64,000 nucleotides of DNA from a virus: the IMG/VR virus record IMGVR_UViG_3300012936_000001, positions 103,119-167,118 of that record. One strand, given 5' to 3'. The first letter of the stretch is position 1. Every line of letters begins with the position of its first letter. Positions 1 to 9,682 of this stretch are shown in pieces. The notes below the pieces were generated by a model. It did no database searches. It was not told where the DNA came from and saw nothing but the letters and a program-made list of their open reading frames with translations. Made by a program: the position numbers and the translations under genes.

Positions 1-2253
1 ATAGTTCCACAAGGCTCTCCTATGTCCGGAATAGGAAATGATACAAAGATTCAATCCTTATCAAATTGCTTTGTAATTGAAGCACCGGCAGATTCATACG
101 CAGGGATTCTAAAGACAGATCAAGAACAAGTACAGATCATGAAACGCCGAGGTGGAGTTGGCTTTGATATTTCTACAATAAGGCCGAAAGGACTTCCTAC
201 TTCCAACGCTGCAAAAACAACTGATGGGATTGAAGTTTTTATGGACAGATTTTCTAATTCATGCCGAGAGGTAGCGCAAGGTGGCCGCCGAGGAGCATTG
301 ATGTTGACGATATCGGTTCATCACCCTCAAATCATGGATTTTATCAAAATCAAACAAGATCTCAAAAAAGTAACAGGCGCAAATATATCTGTACGAGTAA
401 CGGATGAATTTATGCGAGCTGTGAAAGATGGAACAACATATCAACAACGATGGCCTGTTGATAAATCTGATATAGAAGTCCAGGCAATTGCAGATGCCAA
501 CGAGGTTTGGAACGCACTCATAGAAGGAGCTCATGGTTCAGCAGAACCAGGTATACTTTTCTGGGACACTGCTAAAAGCATGACTCCAGCCGACATTTAC
601 GAAGAAGAAGGCTTCGGCTCAGTATCCACTAATCCCTGTGGTGAGATTATTCTTTCGCCGTATGATTCGTGTCGTCTTATGTTGGTCAACTTAACATCGT
701 TTGTAAAAAACCCTTTTACTTCTAATGCTTCTTTCGATTTTGGAAAATTTCGAAACGTATCTCGAAAAGCTCAAAGGCTCATGGATGATATGATCGATCT
801 CGAGATTGAACAAATTGATAAGATTTTATTCAAGATTGGTATTGATCCTGAAGATGATGAAATAAAATTCTACGAAAAAAGTTTGTGGCGGAAAATAAGG
901 CATGCCGCCCTCACAGGTAGGCGTACCGGCCTCGGAATAACAGGCCTCGGAGACGCGATCGCGATGCTAGGCCAAACCTATGGATCCGAGTCTTCGATCA
1001 AGACAACCGAAGAAATCTATAAATGGCTGTCTCTTGCATCATACGAGGAGTCAATTCAGTTAGCCAAAGAACGCGGGGCTTTCCCGATTTGGAATCTTCA
1101 AAGAGAAGAAGGGCATCCATTTCTTGATAGGGTTATTAATTCCTTAACTGATGAGTCACAAGAAGACTATAAAAAATACGGCAGAAGAAATATTGCGAAC
1201 ACAACAACAGCTCCAGCCGGCTCGGTTTCTTGCCTTACACAGACTACTTCTGGTATTGAACCTGCGTTTATGCTGTACTACAAGCGCAGAAAAAAAGTCC
1301 AAGGAGACGAGGAAGTCACCTTTGTCGATGAATTAGGAGATAAGTGGACAGAGTTCAACGTATATCATCATGGATTTAAACAGTGGCTTGACTCTACTGA
1401 ACCAGACTGCGAATGGGAAAAAGACAACATTGATGTTGCAGTGTCACATTCTCCATACGCCGGCGCTACCGCAAACGAAATAGACTGGAGAGCAAAAGTA
1501 AAATTACAATCCGTTGCTCAAAAGTGGATTTGTCATGCAATCTCAAATACTACAAATCTCCCTTCAGAAATTGACGTTGAAACAGTTAAGGATATCTACC
1601 GAATGGGATGGGAACTCGGGTGCAAGGGAGTGACCGTATACAGAGATGGCTCTCGATCCGGAGTTCTTGTCTCCACGGATGACAAAAAGGAAGATAAAGA
1701 CATTTTCAAAGAGAGGCATGCCCCAAAAAGACCCGACACCCTCAAGTGCGATATTATACATACTTCTGTCAAGGGAACAAAATGGGTTGTGCTTGTTGGA
1801 CTTATGGATGGAAAACCATATGAAGTCATAGGCGGCGAAGCCGAAATGATTGAGCTCCCGAGGAGATACAAGAGTGGAACACTCAATAAAAGATCTTTCA
1901 AAACTACTAATTCGAAATACGACCTTACAATTGGGGAAGGTGATGATGCTCTTTGTGTCAAGGATGTCGTGTCGGTCTTTGATAACCCGAACTATGCTGG
2001 CTACACTAGAACTATTTCTTTGGCTCTTCGCCATGGCGTACCTGTACAATATCTCGTAGAACAACTACAGAAAGATAAAGAAGCAGATCTATTCTCGTTC
2101 TCAAAGGTAATTTCTAGATGTATTAAGAACTATATTACAGATGGCACAAAGGCTAGTAAGCAGTCATGTTCAAACTGCGGTGCAGAAGGAACAATAATTT
2201 ATCAGGAGGGATGCCAAACTTGTACTGCATGTGGGTTCGGTGCATGCGGATAG
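1..2253 (+). CDS. nrdJ: Class II (B12-dependent) ribonucleotide reductase, 5'-truncated by the window edge
   Basis: LSNCFV, TNPCGE, TTAPAGSVS and GIEP motifs; C-terminal CxxC..CxxC; frame is open from base 1. Confidence 0.92.
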   Translation: MVPQGSPMSGIGNDTKIQSLSNCFVIEAPADSYAGILKTDQEQVQIMKRRGGVGFDISTIRPKGLPTSNAAKTTDGIEVFMDRFSNSCREVAQGGRRGALMLTISVHHPQIMDFIKIKQDLKKVTGANISVRVTDEFMRAVKDGTTYQQRWPVDKSDIEVQAIADANEVWNALIEGAHGSAEPGILFWDTAKSMTPADIYEEEGFGSVSTNPCGEIILSPYDSCRLMLVNLTSFVKNPFTSNASFDFGKFRNVSRKAQRLMDDMIDLEIEQIDKILFKIGIDPEDDEIKFYEKSLWRKIRHAALTGRRTGLGITGLGDAIAMLGQTYGSESSIKTTEEIYKWLSLASYEESIQLAKERGAFPIWNLQREEGHPFLDRVINSLTDESQEDYKKYGRRNIANTTTAPAGSVSCLTQTTSGIEPAFMLYYKRRKKVQGDEEVTFVDELGDKWTEFNVYHHGFKQWLDSTEPDCEWEKDNIDVAVSHSPYAGATANEIDWRAKVKLQSVAQKWICHAISNTTNLPSEIDVETVKDIYRMGWELGCKGVTVYRDGSRSGVLVSTDDKKEDKDIFKERHAPKRPDTLKCDIIHTSVKGTKWVVLVGLMDGKPYEVIGGEAEMIELPRRYKSGTLNKRSFKTTNSKYDLTIGEGDDALCVKDVVSVFDNPNYAGYTRTISLALRHGVPVQYLVEQLQKDKEADLFSFSKVISRCIKNYITDGTKASKQSCSNCGAEGTIIYQEGCQTCTACGFGACG

Positions 2254-2259
2254 ATCATT

Positions 2260-2288
2260 TTGAACATCAGAAGAAAGATGATTATAAT
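2260..2288 (+). promoter_or_regulatory. Sigma70-like promoter TTGAAC-N17-TATAAT
   Basis: Exact 17-nt spacing, upstream of the SD/TTG start at 2316. Confidence 0.6.
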
Positions 2289-2315
2289 ATTCTTGAATCA
2301 CTAAAGGGAGAAAAA

Positions 2316-3044
2316 TTGAACATATTTGCAAATGGCGACTGCCGAGAACTCATAAAGAAAATACCGGATGAATCAGTAGACCTAATTCACACTGATCCTC
2401 CATACGTGACCACTAAGTTTCACTGGGATCATCAAGAAATGGTTACGCCAGAATTAGTTGATGAATTTTTTCGTATTCTAAAGCCGGCCGGTTCGCTGTA
2501 TTGCTGGTGCGGTATTGGCGAAAAAGGAAATTCACTCATGCGATGGCATCCAATTATTTCTACAAAGTTTTATTTCAAAGATCTAATAACCTGGAAAAAA
2601 AGACGCGGGATCGGCATGCGAAAAGGTTGGTTATATACCAGAGAAGAATTGATGTGGTTTGTCAAGGATAACAAAAAATTTATCTGGAACAAAGATTTTC
2701 AATATACCGATGAACCAAATCAATTCAAAAAAGGGTTTAAAGGCACAAAGGTACATCCTTTTAAGAGGATCACCAATGTCTGGATCGATGTCCCTGAAAT
2801 ACTAAGTAGAAGAGACAAAAAGACATCTCATGCGACTCCCAAACCAATGAAAGGGATCACAAGAGTTATACAATGTCATACGAAAGAAGGAGACGTAATA
2901 TTTGATCCATTCGCTGGTTCTGGATCAACGCTAAAGGCAGCCGAACTGTTAAAAAGAAATTATATAGGATTTGAACTAGATAAAGAAATATTTGAAGAGA
3001 CAAGACAAACATTAGGAGAACACAAGAATGAACTGGACGACTAG
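2316..3044 (+). CDS. DNA methyltransferase, N6-A/N4-C family (beta class)
   Basis: DPPY followed by HATPKP and FDPFAGSGST; TTG start after the SD AAGGGAG. Confidence 0.88.
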   Translation: MNIFANGDCRELIKKIPDESVDLIHTDPPYVTTKFHWDHQEMVTPELVDEFFRILKPAGSLYCWCGIGEKGNSLMRWHPIISTKFYFKDLITWKKRRGIGMRKGWLYTREELMWFVKDNKKFIWNKDFQYTDEPNQFKKGFKGTKVHPFKRITNVWIDVPEILSRRDKKTSHATPKPMKGITRVIQCHTKEGDVIFDPFAGSGSTLKAAELLKRNYIGFELDKEIFEETRQTLGEHKNELDD

Positions 3045-3648
3045 AATAGACCCGAAGATAAAAGAACTGGAACTAAGACAGAATCCTGTAATCATAAGAG
3101 TAAACAAGTTCAATGAGGATACTGCTGCAGAATTTGCCACCCAAATGTCGATGGCACATAACACAGGGCAGTCAGTTATTCCTATTGTCATAGATTCTTA
3201 TGGAGGCCAAGTATATTCTCTTATGAGTATGATATCGGCAATTCGATCTGCGGAGCTTCCTGTTGCAACCATAGTAGAAGGAAAGGCAATGTCATGTGGA
3301 GCGATCTTGTTTTCTTGTGGCAACGAAGGATTGCGTTTTGTTGCGCCAGAATCGACAATCATGATTCACGATGTGTCTAGTGGGGCATTTGGCAAAAACG
3401 AAGAAATTCAATCAAACGCAAAAGAAACAAAACGCTTAAACAAATTGGTTTATGAAATTATGGCAGACAATTGTCGCAAGAAAAGAGACTACTTTACGAA
3501 GGAAGTGCAGAATCGAGGACGCGCAGATTGGTATATTACTCCCAAGAAAGCCAAGAAAATGGGTCTAGCAGATCATATTGGGCTACCGAAATTGGATATC
3601 TCAGTTAGCGTTGAAATTAATTTGGCGTTAAAGGAGGAGTCTGAATAA
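3028..3648 (+). CDS. clpP: ClpP-like serine protease
   Basis: IDSYGG, AMSCGA (Ser), MIHD (His), DWY (Asp). Confidence 0.85.
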   Translation: MNWTTRIDPKIKELELRQNPVIIRVNKFNEDTAAEFATQMSMAHNTGQSVIPIVIDSYGGQVYSLMSMISAIRSAELPVATIVEGKAMSCGAILFSCGNEGLRFVAPESTIMIHDVSSGAFGKNEEIQSNAKETKRLNKLVYEIMADNCRKKRDYFTKEVQNRGRADWYITPKKAKKMGLADHIGLPKLDISVSVEINLALKEESE

Positions 3649-3671
3649 TTATAGCCATATAGGAGCTATAT

Positions 3672-4121
3672 ATGGTTGAAATATTTTCACAGTGGATTGC
3701 GACCCATAAAGCAGTCACATCATGGTTCCATGCTGCTCACCACCTTACAAAAGGTGTTGGGTTCGGCGGGGACCATGTTAACATTTACGGAAAGATATAT
3801 ACAGAATTTCAAGAAGACTTTGATGCTATAGTTGAAAAAGGGCTTGGGTTATGTAACGATGAGACGCTAGCAGATCCTCTCACCATATTGTCATCCGCAT
3901 CCACAATGTTAGGCCAATACTTTCAGCCATCAAATTCTTGCCCAGATAAATTAGCCATCGCTGCATGTGAATTGTCAAAAAGATATGTCGATTTATTACA
4001 GCAGTTTTATACGAGGTTTGAGTCCTGTGGGCATTTAACTATGGGTCTTGACGACATGATGGCAGCCATGGCAAATCGATACGAAACGCATGTTTATCTA
4101 CTACAACAGAGAGTAAAATAA
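3672..4121 (+). CDS. Dps/ferritin-like protein
   Basis: HAAHHLTKG...DH...EDFDAIVEK ferroxidase-like pattern; helical, 149 aa. Confidence 0.7.
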   Translation: MVEIFSQWIATHKAVTSWFHAAHHLTKGVGFGGDHVNIYGKIYTEFQEDFDAIVEKGLGLCNDETLADPLTILSSASTMLGQYFQPSNSCPDKLAIAACELSKRYVDLLQQFYTRFESCGHLTMGLDDMMAAMANRYETHVYLLQQRVK

Positions 4122-4534
4122 TGAAACTTACAAAAAGACAGCTTAAGAGAATTATAAAAGAAGAGTACACACGGTTGGTAAGCGAAGGTCTTATCGCAGA
4201 GTCTTATGGGCAAGATTATCGAAACCAAAAGAAAGCTATCGGCCGCAACACTGGCTACTTTGATATGCTTTCACAAAACAGATACCGCCCCTCTCCTGAC
4301 ACAGTTTTTAACATGATAGACAAATTACATGGTAAGCCAGGCAAGACGATCGCTGCTAAGCTCGCATCTCATAGAGGAATATCGCTCGATGATCTTGAGG
4401 CCGCTTATTCAGAAGCAAAACTTGACGGTGGACCTGACGCTGGAATTATTGAGGCTGCTATCGACTATAAGAAATATGGTCTTCCAAGAACAAAAGACAC
4501 ATATGTTCCATATCAGCAAGGTGGCCCAGAATGA
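4121..4534 (+). CDS. Leader-tagged hypothetical protein (MKLTKRQLKRIIKEEY...GLIAE)
   Basis: Shares the 27-aa N-terminal leader with six other ORFs in the window. Confidence 0.85.
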   Translation: MKLTKRQLKRIIKEEYTRLVSEGLIAESYGQDYRNQKKAIGRNTGYFDMLSQNRYRPSPDTVFNMIDKLHGKPGKTIAAKLASHRGISLDDLEAAYSEAKLDGGPDAGIIEAAIDYKKYGLPRTKDTYVPYQQGGPE

Positions 4535-4791
4535 GAATAACCGAAGCAAATCTCCGAAAAGCCATTAGGAATCTGATCAAGGAATATGATGATGGCTTTG
4601 GTAACTATTATGACGGAGAAGACGCGGAGGAAGCGTCTTATGATGCTTTGTATCACAACCTAGACGGTTGGGCGAACAACAGTATGGATAAAAATTATCT
4701 GATATCTGGTTTACAATCCGGCTTTCAAAATGCAGACTATGAAACAATTGTAATGGTTGTTGAAGACTGGATTGCAGAAAACGCAGAGTAA
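4531..4791 (+). CDS. Small acidic protein with a variant leader (MRITEANLRKAIRNLIKE)
   Basis: ATGA overlap; basic leader followed by an acidic body. Confidence 0.75.
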   Translation: MRITEANLRKAIRNLIKEYDDGFGNYYDGEDAEEASYDALYHNLDGWANNSMDKNYLISGLQSGFQNADYETIVMVVEDWIAENAE

Positions 4792-4802
4792 ATATACCAA
4801 GG

Positions 4803-5627
4803 ATGAAAACAATGGGTTTGCGGCAACAGATATTATCTCGTAGCGATTATCACAGAGGATTATTGATTTTTATCGAATCAAATCCTGGCTGTACCGAAGA
4901 AGATATTTTTAATTCGCCGATAGCTAATGCACTAATTCCTATCGCGATCCGCAAGCAAGCCATAAATCTGTGGGTAGACAAATTAATTGTTGACGGTTAC
5001 ATACAAGAAAAAAATGGAAAATTGTATTCATCAAATTCCGCAGAATGGGAAGGGCATAATATAAAAACAGAAAGTAAGTTACGTCGATCGATCATTGAAT
5101 CAATTGAAAATAACACGCTTTCCCGCGACGAAGAGTTAGATCTTCTGTTCTTGATACACGACAAAAAACACGCAGCTTCGTTTGGAGAAATAATCCCGGG
5201 ACTAGAAAAGGCAATCAAACTATTTTCCAAACGTTGTAACAGTTATCTCCACCGTGGAGTGACAGGTGAAGAAGCAAGATATATAGCATCATCAGATGTT
5301 GGAGACATTATAGAGAATCCTGGATACTCATCTTTTTCCAGAAGACCAGACATCGCAAGAAAATTTGCGAAATCATACCAGACAGAAGAAATGCCAATTG
5401 TTTTAGAATTAGATAGAGGGGCGATGGCGTTTGATTATAATAGCTGGATATGGAATTTTTGGTACGGCAAAATGGGAACACAGCTTTTCTGGGACAATGA
5501 CGCCCCAGATATTATGGAGCTTGCTGAAGAAGAGCAAGAATGGATCTTACCAAGAAATTCAAAGTTTGAAATAACCAAAATAAGAAAAGCTTTCAAATGT
5601 TTAAATTTCGAGGTTAAACTTAAGTGA
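4803..5627 (+). CDS. ADP-ribosyltransferase (R-S-E clade, Alt/VIP2-like) with an internal tag
   Basis: YLHRG, YSSFS and EQEWILPRNSKFEI motifs; preceded by KTESKLRRSIIES. Confidence 0.75.
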   Translation: MKTMGLRQQILSRSDYHRGLLIFIESNPGCTEEDIFNSPIANALIPIAIRKQAINLWVDKLIVDGYIQEKNGKLYSSNSAEWEGHNIKTESKLRRSIIESIENNTLSRDEELDLLFLIHDKKHAASFGEIIPGLEKAIKLFSKRCNSYLHRGVTGEEARYIASSDVGDIIENPGYSSFSRRPDIARKFAKSYQTEEMPIVLELDRGAMAFDYNSWIWNFWYGKMGTQLFWDNDAPDIMELAEEEQEWILPRNSKFEITKIRKAFKCLNFEVKLK

Positions 5628-5634
5628 GAATAAA

Positions 5635-6531
5635 ATGGCAGTAGACAAAGAATTTTACAATGAAGCTAGCGCAGCAAAACTAGGATGGGAACCGGATTGG
5701 TTCATATCTGGACATAAATACTTTGATAAAAAATTAACAAGTGCAATAAGAAAATGGCAGAAGCAGAATGGACTCTATGCGGATGGAATGTGCGGACCTT
5801 CTACTTTTCGAAGAATCAACGCAGAGAGAGAATCTCAAGTTGATCTAGAGGAGTTAGGTTGGATAACCGACACATCTGATGTTATCTGGTGGCAGAACAA
5901 ACCTATCAAGATTGATTGGCCGGCTGATAAGGTCCACACTTTCAAGGATCCTGGATTCCCATATCCTATCAGTAAAGGAGTAAGAAAAAATTCAAGGAAA
6001 AGAGATATTCGGTCTTTTGTAACACACTGGGATGTCTGCTTAAGCGCAATGAGTTGTGCAAAAGTTCTCGTAAAGAAAAACATATCGATTCACTTCTGTA
6101 TCGACAATGATGGCACAATCATACAGTTGCACGATCTCAACGATTGGTGTTGGCACGCCGGCAACGGCCCTGTAAATAAGCATGGTGTAGGTGTCGAGAT
6201 CTCAAACGTCTATTATCCGAAATATCAGAATTGGTATGTAAAGAACGGATTTGGGAAGAGGCCAATTATGTCTGGTGCTTTAGCTCAGAATAAACCACTA
6301 GACGACTTCCTATGGTTCTATGATGTACAACTTGATGCATTAAAAGCTCTTTACAAAGCGATTCATGAAGGATGCGGCGTCCCCCTTGAGGCCCCAAAAA
6401 CAAAATGGGCGTACGATAAAGAAGCCGCTTCGGGAAGGTGGAAAGGATTCATGAATCATTATCACTGTTCAAAAAAGAAAATAGATTGCGGCGGCTTAGA
6501 CATCGAAAAAATACTGGAAGAACTAAAATAG
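5635..6531 (+). CDS. Endolysin: peptidoglycan-binding domain plus N-acetylmuramoyl-L-alanine amidase
   Basis: WQKQNGLYADGMCGPST binding motif; SIHFCIDNDG, WHAG, GVEI, NHYH..KIDC. Confidence 0.85.
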   Translation: MAVDKEFYNEASAAKLGWEPDWFISGHKYFDKKLTSAIRKWQKQNGLYADGMCGPSTFRRINAERESQVDLEELGWITDTSDVIWWQNKPIKIDWPADKVHTFKDPGFPYPISKGVRKNSRKRDIRSFVTHWDVCLSAMSCAKVLVKKNISIHFCIDNDGTIIQLHDLNDWCWHAGNGPVNKHGVGVEISNVYYPKYQNWYVKNGFGKRPIMSGALAQNKPLDDFLWFYDVQLDALKALYKAIHEGCGVPLEAPKTKWAYDKEAASGRWKGFMNHYHCSKKKIDCGGLDIEKILEELK

Positions 6532-6557
6532 CTTTTCATCTAGGTATATCTTTTTGT

Positions 6558-6596
6558 AAATCCCTCTATAATAGAAAAATTATAGAGGGATTTTTT
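6558..6596 (+). terminator. Perfect 15-bp hairpin with T tract, overlapping the RBS of the next gene
   Basis: aaatccctctataat-agaaaa-attatagagggattt. Confidence 0.6.
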
Positions 6597-7559
6597 ATGT
6601 TAGATTACAGTCAAAACAAAAGTTTATATAAAGACAAGTCCAAAACAGTTTCGACAGATCTTCGTGCTCCATTCAAGTGGGCAGGATCGAAAAATAGAAT
6701 GTTCAAAAGATATATGGCTTCTGGATTTTTTACTTCCGAAGAACCAAAATATTTTGTTGATTTATTCGCGGGTACGGGGATTGTTTCTCAATGGGTTATG
6801 AAAAATTATCCGGGTATAGAAATTATAATCAACGAATCATGCGAAGAGCTTATTAACATGTATCGGTCAATGCAAAATTTTTATTCTGATTTCGAAAAAG
6901 AATACAAGAAGCATGTTGCTTCGTATGCTTCCTATTATACTCCGGACGACAGAAAGAAACATTACTATAGCCTAAGGGACAAGTACGCCCTAAATTACCA
7001 AGGGATGACACCTGCTGAAGAAGGTGCCACCCTGTTTTATCTTTTGCAGACAGGGTTTAACGGTATATGGCAAACCTCAAAGAATTTTAATTGGAGATAT
7101 GCTACAGCCGCCGGAGTTATGACCTGGAAACCAAACGGAGATCTTTTTGATTTGGCCAAAATCAAGAGATACGCAGAATTTATCCGAAAATGTAAGTTGA
7201 ACACGGGGGATTTTGAAAAACTAAAGTCACACGCTGGAAAAGACACGTGGTTTTATGCAGATCCTCCATATCGAGTATCTCGCGCTAAGTATGAATCATC
7301 TGGCGTCTTTGGGTCAGAAGACCATCAGCGACTTATAGACTTTGCAAATCTTGCTCATTCGAAAGGTTCGTTGATTGCTATGAGCAATAGAGAAGATGTC
7401 TGTTTTGGATTAGGAGAGGAACCAAAGACAATCACTAGAGGATTTTTCGCAGATAAATTTAATAATGATTGGAACGTTAATTATTTTGATGTAAAATATA
7501 CTGCCGGCAGACACAATAAAGGAGCGAAAGGCAAAGAAGTATTGATAAAAAATTATTAG
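6597..7559 (+). CDS. DNA adenine methyltransferase (Dam/D12 class)
   Basis: PFKWAGSK, VDLFAGTG and YADPPY motifs. Confidence 0.88.
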   Translation: MLDYSQNKSLYKDKSKTVSTDLRAPFKWAGSKNRMFKRYMASGFFTSEEPKYFVDLFAGTGIVSQWVMKNYPGIEIIINESCEELINMYRSMQNFYSDFEKEYKKHVASYASYYTPDDRKKHYYSLRDKYALNYQGMTPAEEGATLFYLLQTGFNGIWQTSKNFNWRYATAAGVMTWKPNGDLFDLAKIKRYAEFIRKCKLNTGDFEKLKSHAGKDTWFYADPPYRVSRAKYESSGVFGSEDHQRLIDFANLAHSKGSLIAMSNREDVCFGLGEEPKTITRGFFADKFNNDWNVNYFDVKYTAGRHNKGAKGKEVLIKNY

Positions 7560-7568
7560 GAGAAAATT

Positions 7569-8282
7569 ATGAAAATAGATCTTTATGACGATGGTATTGG
7601 CTCCGTAGAATATGTACAACATATGGGAGAAGATATCACAGTGGTAAATTCTGCCCGAGTATCTTTTGGAAAACATAAGGAAACGATGGATGGCAAAGAC
7701 AAAAAACTCATCAAGTATCTCTTACGTCATCGTCATACTTCTACACTCGAGCATAATATTGTCACTTTTCGTTTTGTTGTTCCTCTTTATATTCGTTCGC
7801 AGCATCATCGTCATCGTACTTGGTCTTACAATGAAATTTCTAGAAGATATACGGAAGAGAATATAAGATTTTATGAACCAAAAGAATTCCGAACTCAGCA
7901 CAAATCCAATCGCCAGGCATCAAACATAGATAAAGTAAATCCAATCATGGGTTATTATGAAGACGGCGGACCCTCGTACGCTGACTCCCTAATAAGGCGG
8001 CATCACCTAGACTCTCTACATCTCTATAACGACTTAATGTCAAAAGGTGTTTGCAGAGAACAAGCTCGAGGAGTTTTGCCTCAAAATATGTATACGGAAT
8101 ATTACGGAACGTGCAATCTGAATAATCTCATAAAATTCTATGAACTCAGGACTCACGAAGGCGCACAATGGGAGATTCAAAAATTAGCACACGCTTGCAT
8201 GGATATAGCAAAAACTCTCTGGCCGATCACAATAGACTCCTATATTAGTCTAAAAAATAAAAGATTGGATTCAAAAAAATAG
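7569..8282 (+). CDS. thyX: FAD-dependent thymidylate synthase
   Basis: HTSTLEH, RHRTWSYNEISRRY, EQARGVLP, AQWEI. Confidence 0.95.
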   Translation: MKIDLYDDGIGSVEYVQHMGEDITVVNSARVSFGKHKETMDGKDKKLIKYLLRHRHTSTLEHNIVTFRFVVPLYIRSQHHRHRTWSYNEISRRYTEENIRFYEPKEFRTQHKSNRQASNIDKVNPIMGYYEDGGPSYADSLIRRHHLDSLHLYNDLMSKGVCREQARGVLPQNMYTEYYGTCNLNNLIKFYELRTHEGAQWEIQKLAHACMDIAKTLWPITIDSYISLKNKRLDSKK

Positions 8283-8345
8283 ATACTTATATCTGTTAGT
8301 TCTCTGTTCTTGTCAGGAAAATTATATTTAAAAAAGGGGAAAGAA

Positions 8346-8663
8346 ATGAGCGAGAACGGATGGGAAATACACTCGAAATTAGTATTAAAAGAATTAGAAA
8401 CATTGGCAGCCTCGATAAGACAGTTGCAGGCACAGATAGTCGACCTAAAAAGTGAGATAGCAGAAATAAAAGCCAGAGAAGACAAGGTGCAAATGTTGAC
8501 TCAGTGGAAAGAAAGAGTTGATGAAGTGGCTTCGCCATCTCAAATGAGAGATCTTCAAAAACAAGTACAGCAACTTCAGGACTTTAAAGTAAAAGCCACA
8601 ACCGCATTTATTGCTGTACAGATGGTGGTTGCCGGCGCCTTTGCATTAATAAAAATGTTTTAA
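8346..8663 (+). CDS. Coiled-coil protein with a C-terminal membrane anchor
   Basis: Heptad pattern, hydrophobic C-terminus, SD present. Confidence 0.65.
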   Translation: MSENGWEIHSKLVLKELETLAASIRQLQAQIVDLKSEIAEIKAREDKVQMLTQWKERVDEVASPSQMRDLQKQVQQLQDFKVKATTAFIAVQMVVAGAFALIKMF

Positions 8664-8692
8664 TTGTAAAATAAAAGTTTCTTCTATATAAT
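8664..8692 (+). promoter_or_regulatory. Early-type promoter TTGTAA-N17-TATAAT
   Basis: Member of the repeated nnGTAn-N17-TAnnnT class. Confidence 0.7.
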
Positions 8693-8723
8693 CTTTTTGA
8701 ACTTATTGTGTAGGAGAAACTTT

Positions 8724-9527
8724 ATGCCTGAAGCACCAGAAGTACGATCAATGGCCCAATCGCTTGCAAAACTGTGGAGTGGAAAGACACTGACTAATGT
8801 AGAAGTAGTTTCTGGACGCTACATCAAGAACGAACTGACCGGACTAGATACGATAAAATCCTTGCTTCCTCTCAAGGTCGTTGGTGTCGGCGTTCATGGA
8901 AAGTTCTCTTATGCCATACTTGAAAACGAGACTTTTGCTTGGTTTACCATGGGCATGACTGGCTGTTGGAGAAAGGAAAATAACAAACATGCCCGTGTCA
9001 AATTTTCTTTTGGTGGCTTTGACACTTATTTTACGGACATGAGAAATTTTGGTACTGTGAAATTTGTGCGAGGCAAACACAAAATGATAGAAAAACTAGA
9101 GTCGCTAGGTCACGATCTCATTGCAGAAGACATGGATAATGAAGAGTTTGTTATCAGAATGCAAGCAAAATCAAAGTGGCAACTATGCAAGGCATTGATG
9201 GACCAGACAATCATAGCTGGAGTTGGAAACTATATCAAAGCTGATTCTCTGTGGCTCGCAAAGCTTAGTCCAAAGAAGTTGGTCGGAGACTGTACTGACG
9301 AAGAACTAATAAATCTTAAAGATTGTGTTCGACGAGTTATGCTTGAGTCCTTCAATTCAGGAGGTGCAACCATTCGAACATACAAAAACATTGATGGCGA
9401 AGAGGGTGAGTATGGCTCAAGGTTCCTTGTGTATGGCAGAAAAGAAGACCCGGACGGAAATCCAGTCATTCGTGACACGTTCGCAGATGGGAGAACAACT
9501 CATTGGTGTCCGAAAGTCCAGAGCTAG
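8724..9527 (+). CDS. Fpg/Nei family DNA glycosylase/AP lyase
   Basis: N-terminal MPEAPEV, HGK, GMTG, DMRNFG, AGVGNY (H2TH), GRTTHWCPKVQ. Confidence 0.92.
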   Translation: MPEAPEVRSMAQSLAKLWSGKTLTNVEVVSGRYIKNELTGLDTIKSLLPLKVVGVGVHGKFSYAILENETFAWFTMGMTGCWRKENNKHARVKFSFGGFDTYFTDMRNFGTVKFVRGKHKMIEKLESLGHDLIAEDMDNEEFVIRMQAKSKWQLCKALMDQTIIAGVGNYIKADSLWLAKLSPKKLVGDCTDEELINLKDCVRRVMLESFNSGGATIRTYKNIDGEEGEYGSRFLVYGRKEDPDGNPVIRDTFADGRTTHWCPKVQS

Positions 9528-9682
9528 CCATAGGTGATTATGTTATGAAAATTATGGGATACGGAGCCGGAAAACTAACCGGCGTTGTTGTTGGCATCGA
9601 AAAAGAAAAGGTCGTTGTCTTTACGGAAAATGAAATAGACAGGTGGCATTTAAGATTTGTAAGGGTGATGTATGAAATATAA
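9503..9682 (+). CDS. Small hypothetical protein (KOW/SH3-like), not in the ORF track
   Basis: 59-codon frame ..IGDYVMKIMGYGAGKLTGVVVGIEK.. fills the gap between genes. Confidence 0.4.
   Translation: MVSESPELAIGDYVMKIMGYGAGKLTGVVVGIEKEKVVVFTENEIDRWHLRFVRVMYEI

Noticed and set aside
3028-3648. ClpP as the protease that removes the tags
   Set aside because: It is adjacent to the first tagged cluster but looks like an ordinary ClpP. Known Glu-specific head proteases belong to a different family and probably lie outside the window. Unresolved rather than excluded.
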